Below are positions 1 through 12,600 of a stretch of 64,000 nucleotides of DNA, one piece after another. A program made the position numbers and the translations under genes. Position 1 is the stretch's first letter. Every line of letters begins with the position of its first letter. Under the pieces are notes generated by a model. The model was given only the letters and a program-made list of their open reading frames with translations. It did no database searches and was not told the origin of the DNA. This DNA is from Tubiluchus corallicola (taxonomy: Eukaryota; Animalia; Priapulida), in the NCBI GenBank assembly GCA_030141605.1, contig JAQGDQ010000171.1, forward strand, positions 310,001 through 374,000. Direction: 5' to 3'.

Positions 1-178
1 TACGTGGGAAGTCGGGCGAAAAGACCGGCTCTGGCGCAACATATTACGGATGCAAGTCATGCATGGGAAACCGGACTTCAATTTTGTTCCCTTGACCTTT
101 ATTTTCCCTAACGATGAACAAGCATTTCGAAATTACTGGGAAGCAAACCCACGAAAACACAAATGGATCGTCAAGCCA
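1..178 (+). CDS. TTLL4: TTLL4-like exon (5'-truncated by the window)
   Basis: [18 protein letters not shown]...KWIVKP, donor GTAAGT at 179. Confidence 0.92.
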
Positions 179-3100
179 GTAAGTTGTCTCCGTTCTTGTC
201 CAAGAAAAGAATTTCCTGTGGCGGTACATCTTTAACTACGACATTATAATGAAATAACTTGTGGAATGTCATTGGATAATTAACTTCAACTAAATCGTAC
301 ATCTTGAGAATGGAAAGATAAACAGCAAAGTCACATGTTTATAAAACCATCAAAACAAAAGAAGAATTTTAAATACTTTTTCTAGCTAGCTGTTTTTTTT
401 TCTGGAAGCCAAAAGCGAGTTTATAAATTGCATCTGAGTCTGTTTTAGCAATTTAGTGCATCCATACTCTTGCAGAAGCCTGCCTGTGTTGTATTTTAGT
501 TCAAATGTCATTATAATTATAACGGCAGAAATTTAGAAATTATTTGGGCATCATGCAATTATGTCATTCTAATTTCGATGCTTCATTGCTAAACTAATTA
601 ATTAATATTGTAATACTGTAGGCCTACAATTATTGATTATTTAAGCTTGATAAACATTAATTTATTTACAGCAAGCAAAAGCTCGAGGGAATGGTATTTA
701 CGTAATCGGCAAATATGACGACATACCAGCCCAACAAAATGTTGTTGTGCAAAGGTAAAATTGATTTTCTGACCCTCATTATGTTGCCTTATACGATCTT
801 AACATTAATTTCACTGGCATTCATTTATGAGCTTCTTTGTTTTTCTGTCTGTCTGTCTCTTTATCGGTTAGTTCTTTCATCTGTTCACGTGCATCCATCT
901 ATTACTAGAAACTGCGAAAAGCTGATTTCCAAACTTTTTGCAATAATCTATCTTTCATAGCTGTAGCCACAACTACAGTGGCTGACAACAGATACCCTAC
1001 CAAGCGTTCCTACCAGCTGCAAAAAGTTGTCTGTTTTTTGTTTTTTTTGCTGCTAATTTACATTTGTAAATTTTTAACTGAAATAATCTTGGTTATAATA
1101 TTTATAATCTCAATAGAACTTTTTTTGCAGATATATTACGAAACCGTACTTGATCAACGATTTAAAGTTTGACTTGAGATTGTATGTGTACATTGCATCG
1201 TATGAACCTCTAAGAATTTACCTTTACAAAGAAGGCATCGTCAGATTTGCTACAATGAAGTACGTGTTACGAAGTATAACAATAGATAGTAATAATAGTT
1301 CTAATTCTGTGAGGCCATGACAGTTCTAAAATTTAAATTATAATACAAACAGTTCGTAACGCTACAGTCCAAAAAAACAAGTTAAATTTCTATTATGTAT
1401 ATCGAGGTCTCAGAAATCGCTATACAGTGTTCCCTCGCTACTTCGCGGTTAGTTTATCCCGGACTCGCTGTTTCGCGGGTTTTCAAAAATATTAATGCAA
1501 AATATTTATCGCGGTATTTTCGCTGTTTCGCGGGTTTTTGCGGTACTCCGTCTAAAGTGTTTTTGCACATGCGTAGTACGTATTGTACAGTAATGTATAG
1601 ATTTAATGAATTTTGCATAAAAAATCACAAAATGTAAAAAAGGTACATGTACAGTATGGGAAAAGTTATTAAAGGAATGGGAAAGGGTTGTGTATAAGAG
1701 TGTGGGGAGGGTTTATACATAGCGTCCCTACTTCGCGGAAATTCACTTATCGCGGGTGGGCCTGTAACCGAACACCTGCGATAAGTGAGGGAACACTGTA
1801 TACATATTACATTAAATATATTTTTAAGCAAAATGTTTGAAAATACGTATAGATGAACTAAAATTTTTGAAACTTCTTTTAGTCAAATTAGACGAAATCA
1901 GTAAAAATATTGCGTTGGTAGGTTTCTACATGTATGTTCCCGATCTTAAACTGTAGGTCAAAACAATCTATTCTTTAAGATATTGAAAGGAAACATAACT
2001 ATTGCTACAAAAACACAATTTCACGTTCGCGCCACTAGTTCTTCGCTGTTACATGCATTTCGCCATTCGCTAGTTAGACGGGCACTAGCAATTGTGTTTC
2101 AGAAACACATTGCACAAAAAACAGGTGCTGTACCTCTCAGTTCAGGTTGTTATTTGTGACGAACTACGCACATTCGACAGCTCATGCGTGAGCACGGCAG
2201 TAAATTTGAAATTTGAATTTTTATCTTAAAACCTGCCTAGTTTTAGTACAACACACTTAATATTTTACAGTAGCACTGTACTTCAATTTTCAATTTCGTA
2301 AACACATTCAACACGCTCGTGAAATATTTTTCCTGTTGAAAATTATGTTAGCTTGTGATGCCATCAACAGTTGGGCTCGCCCGCCGATAATTAAATTTTT
2401 GTAATCTGCTATTTAGTAGCAGAAACGCTTTTGCAGTACTAATCGTGTTAAATTGTATACTTTTTACCGTACTTCAAAATAGGGTAGTATATAAAAAATC
2501 ATCCTGTCTTCCTTTCAGTTAATAAACGTGTAAGTACCAACATCCGCATTTTCAAGTTAAATTTGTACAACATTTTTAATGAAAGAGTTTTGGCCTCTTG
2601 TTGCGTAAACTTTTCTCTTCATTAAGTGACGTTTATGTAGCATCCAGAATGCGTATGATTGTGCGTTTTCCACTTGCGGAACAGCCTGCGCAAAAAATAA
2701 ATGGGAAATAGCTACAGAAAAAAACGCATAACGCAGGTCAGATAAACGGGCGCATTGAAAACAACATAAACCGATTTTTATTATTCCGCACCCCCATAAC
2801 GCATACGCATTCCGGATGCTACATAAATGCCACTTCAAATGTCGCAAGAAATCGCAAACAGCCAATTCTGTCAAGGCAGCCATATCCACATATGTGTGTA
2901 TAGACGAGGTCTTCTTTAGTTCAGTTGAAAATCGTCTCAAAATCATTACACAACGTTACAGCTAATAGTGAACTAAGTTATTGTCTTGAACTTCCTCTTA
3001 CGTTTGCGTTATAAATGCTTACAGGTTTAGCACAAAAACTGCTACATTAGATAATAGATTTATACATCTAACAAACTACATTGTAAACAAGAAGAATGAA

Positions 3101-6100
3101 GACTACGTGTTCAATTCAAATGCTTCGGCCGAGTTTGGTCACAAGTGGTAAGTTGTAAACAAATTATGCATTTCCTCCTATCGTTTATTAGGCCTAAAGT
3201 CCTAAAGCCTTAAAGCTAAAACTCCAGGATACATTTAGTAGCCATAATCGATGGAAGCAGAAAAAATGCATCAAGCCAAGGTATGCTTGGAATATAGGAT
3301 TGCTGCATGCAATAGGCATTTATGGCTGCACAGCTGCACTTATGTATCATACAACACTTTATTTATACATGTGGGTCTGCTGGGCAGTTGCCGGAGCCCG
3401 GGGGTCCAACGAACATAGTGGCCCCACAGTAATCTATGTGTGTTGTGGCTTACTGTCGTTAAATAAATTCCATATACTATACTCAACTATAAATAGGTTA
3501 CAAGTGGATGTTTTGGCATTAATCTGTACAGCTGTACAGCAGTTTTTTTAAGGTTTAAAAACTGATTTCGTTGGAAATACCAATGCAGCAAAAACATGTT
3601 TAATTTTATCTACCATTTACATTTTTACCGTTGTGTAGGTAGGAGCCCCAGTGCACGGCTTTGCACGGGGCCTCTAATACTTGACGCTAGGACGTTAAGA
3701 CGGCACTGCTTACACAAGGAATTTTATCTTTGCTTTGTAGTGACTGAATGATAGACTAGTTTGTTTTGCTTTTCCTTGTAAAGACACGAGTTATTATTTT
3801 TGCTAGTGCATAACTAGGTATAAAAGTTCGTGCCCACTAAATCTGCCTTTTCTGTTCTTGTTTTCAGGGCGTTGTCAACGCTGTGGCGGTACTTGAAAAA
3901 TAAAGGAGTTGACACGGACAAGATATGGGATAGAATTTCCGATTTGGTTGCCAAGACCATAATCAGGTAACTCTTCAAATTAACGCTAAGTGATTTTAAA
4001 TTTGGTAAAATTACAAGAATTGATTGTATTGATTGCCTGAAACAATTTTATTATGTTTTCAGAGGTATCATTCAAAGTGTCTGACACATTTCGGAACTTA
4101 ACAACAATAGTGTTAGATTTACATTACATTAATTTACATTACTTTTGGTCTTAATATTCAGATATTTTCTGCTACGACTTTTTTATGAAAACAGTTGGGT
4201 TTTTTGGCTGATAGTGTGGCAATTGGAAATATTGATTTCCTGTTGAAAGGAACAGAATGGCAACATGCATAAATTCCCATAGATATTTAAAATAAATGCA
4301 GAAAAAACACCTTTTCGTGCTGATACTCCCTAATGAGCGCTAAAAATGACTAATAATAATTTTTATCTTTGGGAAAAGAGAATGATTTAGTGATTACCGG
4401 GTATACTTCGCAACTGCAGGTAAGCAACACTGAGCTTAATCAGTAAAGAGATGTGTGAACGATTATTTTCTCTTTTTTTTGTTTTACTGATGTTCATTGA
4501 TATGCGCACATCTAAAACGCTTCTGCCAGTCCACTATCTGAGTTTAGAAGTTATCTACAAACTTTCAGTTTTATCACAATCAACCAACAACAAAAATGCT
4601 GGTTTAAAGTGATTTAAATCACTTTTTCTGAATTAAATTTTAAGTATTAAATTGTTGTATTAAACTTGTACTTGCAGTTCTGAAGCTCACATGTACAGTA
4701 TGGTCAACTCCAACCTAAGAAGTCATTACTGTAGTCATGAATTGTATGGATTTGATGTAATGTTCGACCAGAACCTCAAACCATGGTTGCTTGAAATTAA
4801 TGTATCTCCGAGGTAAATTAAAATTTAAGAACAGAACAACATTTCACACCAAAACTGTCAAACCCGTGAGACGGTCGAAACAATCTCTGTCATTTTATTT
4901 TATTTGTATACAGCATTTTCATCAAAGGTATTTCAAATGCTCTTGCAGCTAAAAAGAAAGGAGTTTTAAAAGTTTATGGAGAGTTTCTTTAGTGTCTTTA
5001 AATCAAAAACTCTTAAGGGTCGGAAAAATCTACATCTAAAAAACTTTTCTAAATGGTTTCCTTCGGGAGAACCTTGTACGGAATACCCCAAACGGAAGGC
5101 TTTTCACAAAGGAAACTCTTTCATGTATTTTATAGCCTGTAAGAGTTGTCAGCTACTATGATGCAGCATTTGGCGCATATCCCCTAATCCCAAGTGGGGT
5201 TTTTTCGGAAAACAAAATGGATGTTTATTTTGTCAACACATCTGTTTTATTTTTCCATTGACGTGGTATTTTCAGTATGGGTACTGGAGATTTCAGTATA
5301 GATGTGAAAGCACCAATGCTGCACGATTTACTAAACACTGCAGGTTTTCACATTCCAAAAAGAAGCCCACAGATGCTAGAGTCCACTTCAGATGGGTAAG
5401 TAAGGTGTTAATAAAACATGACTTCTTGCGCATGCGTATATGATTCAACATATGCAAGCCGCAGGCAGCATTTAGCTCATAGCCTGCTGTTGTTATTTTA
5501 TGACAAGACCGTAATCTTCCTCATTCCAATGGATAATCCTCTGAGTACAGTTTCTTGAGATGAAACTGGTTTCTTCATTAGTCCTAAAATAATTTGCTAC
5601 AGTTTGTAAATTTGTAACATTTGACAGGTGTATTGAAGCTGCAAGCACATTTTTATGCTTGTCATAAGGGTGCCATTACCTTCTGTGTAGCAGACCCATT
5701 ATTACAGTGCCATTATTCAATATGACTCAAAGCAAGGAACCACAACAGTAGCTGCATCGAGTATTGCAGACTAATTTAAATCCTTTTCTGTCCAATTGCA
5801 GCGACGATTCTACAGCAGAAGAGTCACAGATGATTGGACCTCAGAAGCTTCAGTCTTTAGTATACGCCAGTCTACCCCCATATGAAAGAGCGAAACGTGA
5901 TTACTTCACGCAGAGAGCTTCTGATGCCGTGAGTTATTGTCATCTTATTTTTTGTAGTTCTTTTAGCGCTTTTTTTTATTTTTGGAGGTTTTCGACAAGC
6001 ACGGAGTCTAAGAAAACAATTATTGTTTTTGTGAAGCAAAAAGACATATTTAGTAAAATGAAATCGAAAATGTGGTTAATTTATTCTCGTGAATGTGAAA

Positions 6101-7202
6101 GCTTACAAAAAATTTACTGATCGGAAAGTGTCTTGCAGATAAACGAAAAAGTGCGATTCTGTTCTAGGAGATTTCGTCGAAAATTCTGGATGTTTTAACC
6201 CCCGCTGACGTTCGTGAACTCGTACAAGCAGAAGACGAATACGACAGACGTGGCGACTTCCAGCGGGTCTTTCCCAGTCCTGGAAGTGGACTGAAATACT
6301 TTAAATACTTCGAACAGAAACACTACAGTAATTTATTACTGGATGCCTGGGTTACCAAATATCATGCAACCCCTAAAAAAGGTTTGTTGGACTGTACTTG
6401 TGACAAAACCTTGTGTAACGCCAATTGATTTACGAAAACGAACAATTAAAGATGTGTTTATGTGTTCTAGTGTTTGTAATTGTAATTATTACTTAACTCA
6501 ATGCCTGTAGAAACCTACTTAAAGTCAAATTAAAAACCTAAATACGTCTTACATTAAATATGACTTACTCCTTAACCTACATGCTCCATGGTCAAGATAC
6601 TGCGTAAGTAAAATCAAAACTGATAAGACAGCGTCTTCTGACAACGCTAACTCATAATTGTCCTTGCGATTGATTTGTTTTTGCTCTGTATTAGTATGTT
6701 TACAGCATAGCAGTATTAATAGCAGGCAAAATCCACAAAAATAATGAAATGATCAGAATCGGTGGACGTAACCTTAATAACAAATAAAGATAGGTCTTTG
6801 AAAATAAACACTGTCTCAGTGAAGACTCTAGTTACAAATAAGCTGTTTTTGCATTGATCACTTTGGTCCCGCATCGGTTGCTACCAAGTGACGCAAAACT
6901 AAACAATGATTCATGATCGAATTACAGTAGTTTTTCCATTTCTAGAGGTTCTAGAGAAAGGTCTAAAAACCTAGCGACATAACTTCAAAAACCGTTACAT
7001 GAATTAGTAGCCAATTTGTTTAGCAATATTTCTAGTATAACTCATTATTACGTTCTTTATAGGATGGGAAGTATTAGAAAACCTGTGCAAACAGCAACTT
7101 CATCTTCAAAACGAAGCCTTGGAGACGACTCATAATTGGACGATACCATTCGTTAACACTGACGTCTTAACACAACTGTTTTCATCAGTGGCTTTGTCGT
7201 AA
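1..7202 (+). CDS. TTLL4: TTLL4-like tubulin glutamylase, 5'-partial, 10 exons: join(<1..178,672..754,1131..1259,3025..3147,3868..3966,4678..4812,5276..5395,5802..5928,6168..6381,7063..7202), ~448 aa visible
   Basis: The spliced translation has TTL-domain motifs in order: [72 protein letters not shown], then the TTLL4-type C-terminal block [27 protein letters not shown]. All introns are GT-AG and phases are consistent. Confidence 0.9.
672..754 (+). CDS. TTLL4: TTLL4-like exon
   Basis: tttacag acceptor; [28 protein letters not shown]; donor GTAAAA. Confidence 0.9.
1131..1259 (+). CDS. TTLL4: TTLL4-like exon
   Basis: tttgcag acceptor; [43 protein letters not shown]; donor GTACGT. Confidence 0.93.
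1425..1798. mobile_element. Tc1/mariner (pogo/Tigger-like) MITE
   Basis: TIR CAGTGTTCCCTC...GAGGGAACACTG, TA on both flanks, internal TCGCGG repeats. Confidence 0.88.
1945..2513 (+). mobile_element. Non-autonomous DNA transposon, family A (Kolobok-like), copy 1
   Basis: Colinear with 27607-28243 and ends in the same ATCCTGTCTTCCT terminus. Confidence 0.8.
2622..2836. mobile_element. Small palindromic MITE-like element
   Basis: Inverted ends TTTATGTAGCATCCAGAATGCGTATG / CATACGCATTCCGGATGCTACATAAA. Confidence 0.65.
3025..3147 (+). CDS. TTLL4: TTLL4-like exon
   Basis: [41 protein letters not shown]; donor GTAAGT. Confidence 0.92.
3380..3708. mobile_element. Degenerate hAT-like non-autonomous element fragment
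   Basis: Ends ...AAGACGGCACTG, the reverse complement of the CAGTGCCG end at 8743; subterminal GGGCC/GCCCC motifs. Confidence 0.45.
3868..3966 (+). CDS. TTLL4: TTLL4-like exon
   Basis: [33 protein letters not shown]; canonical splice sites. Confidence 0.92.
4678..4812 (+). CDS. TTLL4: TTLL4-like exon (catalytic motifs)
   Basis: [45 protein letters not shown]. Confidence 0.93.
5276..5395 (+). CDS. TTLL4: TTLL4-like exon
   Basis: [40 protein letters not shown]; donor GTAAGT. Confidence 0.88.
5802..5928 (+). CDS. TTLL4: TTLL4-like exon
   Basis: DDSTAEESQ...[18 protein letters not shown]; donor GTGAGT; phase fits both neighbours. Confidence 0.82.
6168..6381 (+). CDS. TTLL4: TTLL4-like exon
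   Basis: [38 protein letters not shown]...[19 protein letters not shown]. Confidence 0.9.
7063..7202 (+). CDS. TTLL4: TTLL4-like terminal coding exon
   Basis: ctttatag acceptor; (G)[17 protein letters not shown]...FSSVALS then TAA at 7200-7202. Confidence 0.78.
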
Positions 7203-8130
7203 CATGAAGTCTCGTAACGACGTTGCTTGGTACCGTAGCCGAAACCGTAGCATCTGATTGGCGCCTTTACAGTTATAGTATTGTTTTGATCAACTATGTT
7301 GCAAACTTGGCACACGGCTCGAATGCAGTCATGAATGCTATATCGTTCACGGATAGGCCTAATGAAGTACATTAAACGCTGTTTTTCTATATTCAACAAA
7401 ACTAAACAAAATGTTATGGTAGTTTAAATGTCCCTACTCACCCCGTTTTACGGTATTCGCAGTTTGGTGCCAAAGTATCAAAGGTACACCTACTGAATGG
7501 GGACATTTACGAGACCTCTAGTTATATTTATTTGTCAGAGATGCATAATTATGTGTAATGTATTGAAAATTTCTAATGGCAATTACGTAATGTAAATTGT
7601 GTAATATATCATATAAGCGTCATTAACTTTGATATTTTACCAATAGATGGAGCACGGTACACACACACACACACACACACAATAGAGACTATGCCATGGC
7701 TCTATGCCATAGGGTATCATAACCTTTGATAATACTGTGAAGCAGAAATCCTAGGATTGTCAATTTGTACATAATTATAGCATAATTATGTAAATGTGCT
7801 ATAATTAAACAGTTAATATGATAGTTTACGTAAATGTTAATTTATTAATAGTTTAAATGTTTATGAATACATTTCGTAGTGCGTAAGTTTTTTTCATTTT
7901 GGCAAAACTCCGCGTGCTGTTTTGTTGTTGTTGTTGTTAATTAATATTGCGAAACGTTGAGCGACAATTAGCTATGACGATTGACAGTGCGCAGGCAAAA
8001 TAAGCCTAAAATGTTGCAATCAGGGATTATAGGACTTTTTTATGAGCTGTTGTGAATTTAGATTGAAATAAATAACAGTCTATATTTTAATGTACCGTAA
8101 TTATAAAAGATTGTATATATATATATAGTA

Positions 8131-8473
8131 CGTATTTTCCCATATATAAGAGACCCCTTCAATTTTTAGGCAAAAATTCTGGAAAAAAGTTTTTTGGTAA
8201 TGAATAACTTTATTCATCATAGAAATCATTAAATTCCTCATCACTCTCATCAAAAATATCAACTGGAGTCATACCTTCAGCAATTCCAGCCAGTTCATCT
8301 TCAGAGGAGTCACTCTGCTCAAAAATGGCATTGTCCTCTGTGCCGTCCATGGCATTGGAGATGACACACTATGCATCTTATTGAAAAGACTTACTTCCAT
8401 GTATAAGAGACCCCCTATTTTTAAAGTGAAAATTCTGAGCAAAAAAGGGTCTCTTATGCATGGGAAAATACGG
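8131..8473 (-). mobile_element. Internally deleted pogo-family transposon retaining the transposase C-terminus
   Basis: TIR CGTATTTTCCCAT..ATAAGAGACCC at both ends with TA flanks; minus strand encodes CVISNAMDGTEDNAIFEQSDSSEDE...DESDEEFNDFYDE*. Confidence 0.85.
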
Positions 8474-8742
8474 TAAGTTGAATTGATTATGCCATCATTG
8501 TCAAACGACCAGCGTCGGCTGTGAAGTTAACGTAGCAGAGATGATTTAGATAAAAATCTTAATCAAAGAAACGAAAGCAAAACTAATCTGTTTTCCCTAC
8601 TCTAGTGTTAGGTAGTGTTTCCTTAACCAAAACTCAATATTGAAAGCATTCGCATTATTTCTATACAATCATCATTTTAAAGGTACGCTAGTCCAACAGT
8701 AATTTTGCACTATTACTGTGCGACATAAAAAGTAGGCCTGGT

Positions 8743-9160
8743 CAGTGCCGCTTTATCCACACAATATTATTATAGGCTGACTATGTAGAAACCTAGGGGC
8801 CCACCAAAAGCAGGGGCCCATGCAAGCAACCCTTTTTCTTTTAGTTTTTAATGTTAACAATATGGATACTGCAAACGTACCCTGGGCGTCACTGAAATAC
8901 TCTATAGGAATACTCTTTAATACGACCAAGAGACGCTAAGACTGCGTTAAACTACCCCTATGAAAATAGAAATTACGGTTCAATTAAGAACTAATTAACC
9001 TATTATAATAATTGCCTGCGATCCACTCTGAAAGATGAAACGCTTAGCCATTTGGCATTAAAGTATGTGGAATTGTCTATGCTCCAGAAATTAAACTTAG
9101 TAGACTAATTTTTGTGGTGACTTGAGTAGAAAATGTGCGCAAAGTTTCGACTAAAATCAG
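8743..9160 (+). mobile_element. hAT transposon remnant
   Basis: CAGTGCCG end with GGGGCCC subterminal motifs; ~9013-9105 encodes CLRSTLKDETLSHLALKYVE, resembling the LRSTMxxxRLxxLAxLxIE motif at the end of hAT transposases. Confidence 0.65.
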
Positions 9161-9394
9161 TAATGTATCGATTGTGGCATTTACCTCGTTCTTCATGTAC
9201 ATACACGTAATTTTATTTAGTCAATAAACTACATATATACATACATGTCAAAACAAGTAAAATAAGAGATATTTACTCCCACTGACGGAGAAATTTTCCA
9301 GTTGTTGGCTTTTATTTATTGCTTCCATGTGAATTTTCCCAAGGCTTCGTTTTCAACTTCACAACTTTTTTTGAATGAAAAGTTTTAGCACACA

Positions 9395-9568
9395 CTGACT
9401 TTTATGCGCATGTGCAGCAAGACACGTAATTCCGGTTTACCAAATACAGCAAGTGCACATGCTGTAGCCGGGGCGTGTGCTTCGTGTTTCCTGTTTGCAG
9501 TTGTGTGTTTGCTCCTTAGCGTTTGGGAAGTACTGTTTTAGAAATTTTTTATTATTTCATTTGCAAAT
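9395..9568 (+). promoter_or_regulatory. Putative gelsolin promoter / 5' UTR
   Basis: Motif cluster just before the ATG: NRF1-like TGCGCATGTGCA, ETS-like TTCCGG and TTCCTG, GC-box-like GGGGCGTG, Inr-like GCAGTT. Confidence 0.5.
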
Positions 9569-9634
9569 ATGGGTGTCGATGAGGCGTTTGTCGGTGTGGG
9601 ACAGAATGCTGGGATACAGATTTGGCGAATAGAG
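9569..9634 (+). CDS. Gel: Gelsolin exon 1
   Basis: [22 protein letters not shown]; donor GTAACG. Confidence 0.9.
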
Positions 9635-12600
9635 GTAACGAAACATGTTCGATTGTTCACCAAAGTTAGTTAACTTCCAAATTCTGCTATTGCCTCACCA
9701 TATTTGCTTGTTGATCTTGCATCAAACAAGGTCGTTGTCTAGCTGCAAGCATGAAATTCAAATGCATACAATTCGTCAGTAAATGAAACCCTGCATAATT
9801 TATTCTTCTAATTTTTTACGTTTTACTTTTAAATCTCTTGCGGATTGGCCACAGTACTGATGTGAAACCTGTGCTTGTCCCATTTTGAAACTGTCAACTT
9901 CTGTGCCCGGGCACTTAACTGTATGAAATGTACAACAGTAAAAGAAATAAGGAGGATTCTTGACCTTGTCTTATTGTTTGCAATACCGTATAGCAAATAT
10001 GTAAGAACAAAACTAAAATTTGTTGAGTGTTCCAGTTGTATGAGTTCTTAGGTTTGTTAGATCTAAATTTTCATAGATTGGGCGATCTTGATCGTTATAC
10101 TTTACAACATGACTTGGATGAAATTTTAGACTGGCGCAGCAAATGGTTGATGGTGCTTAAACCCAGTAAATGTGCTTTAGTTAGAATATACCATAAATCT
10201 ACCACACATAAGTCCTTACTTGTTCTGCTTAAAATATGCCCTAAATTTACATCATCTTACTTATTCTGCTTAGAATATACCCTAAATCTGCAACACTTTA
10301 CTCATTCTGCTTAGAATATGTCCTAAATCTGAAACAACTTACTTGTTCTGCTTAGAATACGCCCTAAATCTGCAACACCTTACTCATTCTGCTAATAATG
10401 TGCCCTAAATCTGCAACACCTTACTTATTCTGCTTATAATACACCCTAAATCTAGAACACCTTACTTTCTAAACAGTGTAGAAATGGTTGAAAAAAGTTG
10501 TATCAGAGACTTGGGAGTAATGATTTCCTGTGACCTCAAATGGAATTCCCATGTAAACCATGTAATTGCAAAAGGAAAACATTGCATTGGCATGATCAAG
10601 CGCAAATATTATATCGAGAAATGCATCTGTGATTATTCCTGTTTATAAAACTGTGTTTGGCCCATTTTAGAATACACGTCAATTGTGTGGTTATTGGTCA
10701 TCCCAGTACACTACTCTCAAGACAACACTTGAAAGATCTCAGGGTTGATGCATTTGTTTGGATGCTGATTTGCATACCACTTAGATTTCTACTCTAGATC
10801 AAATGCATGAGACTGTTGACATTGTCATAACTCAATGCATCTGTAATGCATCTGTTAATACAAGTCAAAAGTGAGTCATGCACAAACACTGTATTTGAAT
10901 ATCATTCATAAATTTGGAGATGCTGCTTGGCTTAAAAATAAACAGAATGTCTTCACTTAAAGGAAGAGCCAACCCTCGAACAACACTTATTGCATTTTAA
11001 TATACAATTAAAAATATTGAAATCATCACACAATATATGCGCATGGAATGCTTTGCTTAAAAATATAAAACAAATTTAAATATTTTTTATCTCCCGCCAA
11101 ACAAATGTCGCTGCTGACGTATTTGAAAAAATGACGTAAGCAGGTGCCTGCTGGGCAGCGTGAATGCCATAAAGGCAAGCTGTGTGGAGGTACGCATTGC
11201 AAAATTTCTACAGTTTGCTTAGAAGTTCAATTATTCTAATGTTGTGTTTAACTGTGTTTATACAAAAATTAGTCATTGGATCAATTATGACCAAGTCTAA
11301 AATGGTTACATAGCTTTAATCCACATGATTATATAGTAAAATGTGTAAGTAGTGTACATTAATTGTGTAAGTGTAATTAATTTACAGACTTGTTGACTCA
11401 GATATGCATGTAAATTTGCAAGCATATAGCAGTTATAGCGTGAGGGTTATTAATTTATTGAGTTCACTCTATAAGTTAAAAAAAGATTCTGAAGAACCTG
11501 GCAGGATAAATGTTTATATTGCAAGGAAACGAGATGATGCCATTTGTCATCTAAAATGAGTGCGCACTAGCATGAAGTGATCACGACTTTAAATTTGATT
11601 TTACTAATTACATGAGATGCTTCTCACAATCTTATCACAACTCTCTAACATTTTTCTCGAGTATTAGCATACGGTCAACTTCCCGAGAGATTTTGCTTTT
11701 GCTTTTAGGCACATGTATCAGAAACATGTGAAAATAGTGAAAATTCCAGAAACTCGTCTTTGCCTTGTGGGGCTACCCTTTGTATCTATAAACATAATAT
11801 AATTAGCTTATCATCCATGTAATCTCTCAATTTCAGTCAGAAAAAGAAAGACCTACATACACCCACTTAGTAACAACCAAGTCTGTTGCCAACAATATCA
11901 TCTAATGCATGTCTGAGTGCTGAGAAAACCTACTCTTCTAATTTGCTACACACGTTATAATTTTTCTTTTATCCAGTAGCCTATTGAATGTCCTATAAAC
12001 TCCACATAACTCAAATTTCTGCATAACTCAAAGAATTTCAGTGGAATGGATGAAATCCTTCGCTTTTTCCCACAAATAACATTGCTTAACTCAAAATTTC
12101 GCTTAAAACGTAAAAAATTATGGTCCATTTAATCAACATACATGTAATTACTTCACCTAACTTAAAAATACAATTTATGCTCTAGACAAATAAAAAGTTT
12201 CATACAACTCAAAAACAGTATCGTCTTCCTGGAAAATGAATACTTGACGGAGAGTTTGTAAATAATTGAACTATGCACAAACTGAACTGCAATACGTAAG
12301 ACATTTGTAACATAAAAAAATCATGTTTCACTACATAATTTCTTATTCTTTATGTAATTGTCATCAAATCTCGTCGTTTACTTATAGAAGGGTTGACCTT
12401 CTGCCTTCTCTTTAGCTCGCCATCTGGAGGAGTGATTTAGAGTTTGTATGCTGGAAAATGGTCAACATCGTCTAACTCAAAGTTTTTTTTTCGGTCCGGT
12501 TGGATTTGAGTTTTAAGGACCCTGATGTAACTGAGCTATTCTTACATACCCGAATTGATAAATATGGTGTAGATTAGAGTACTTTCAAGTAGGTAATTTT

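Noticed and set aside
5764-6120. Stand-alone ORFs overlapping exons (e.g. 5764-6120, 16208-16450, 29700-29900, 60554-60802)
   Set aside because: They are real exons read through into intron sequence, not separate genes.
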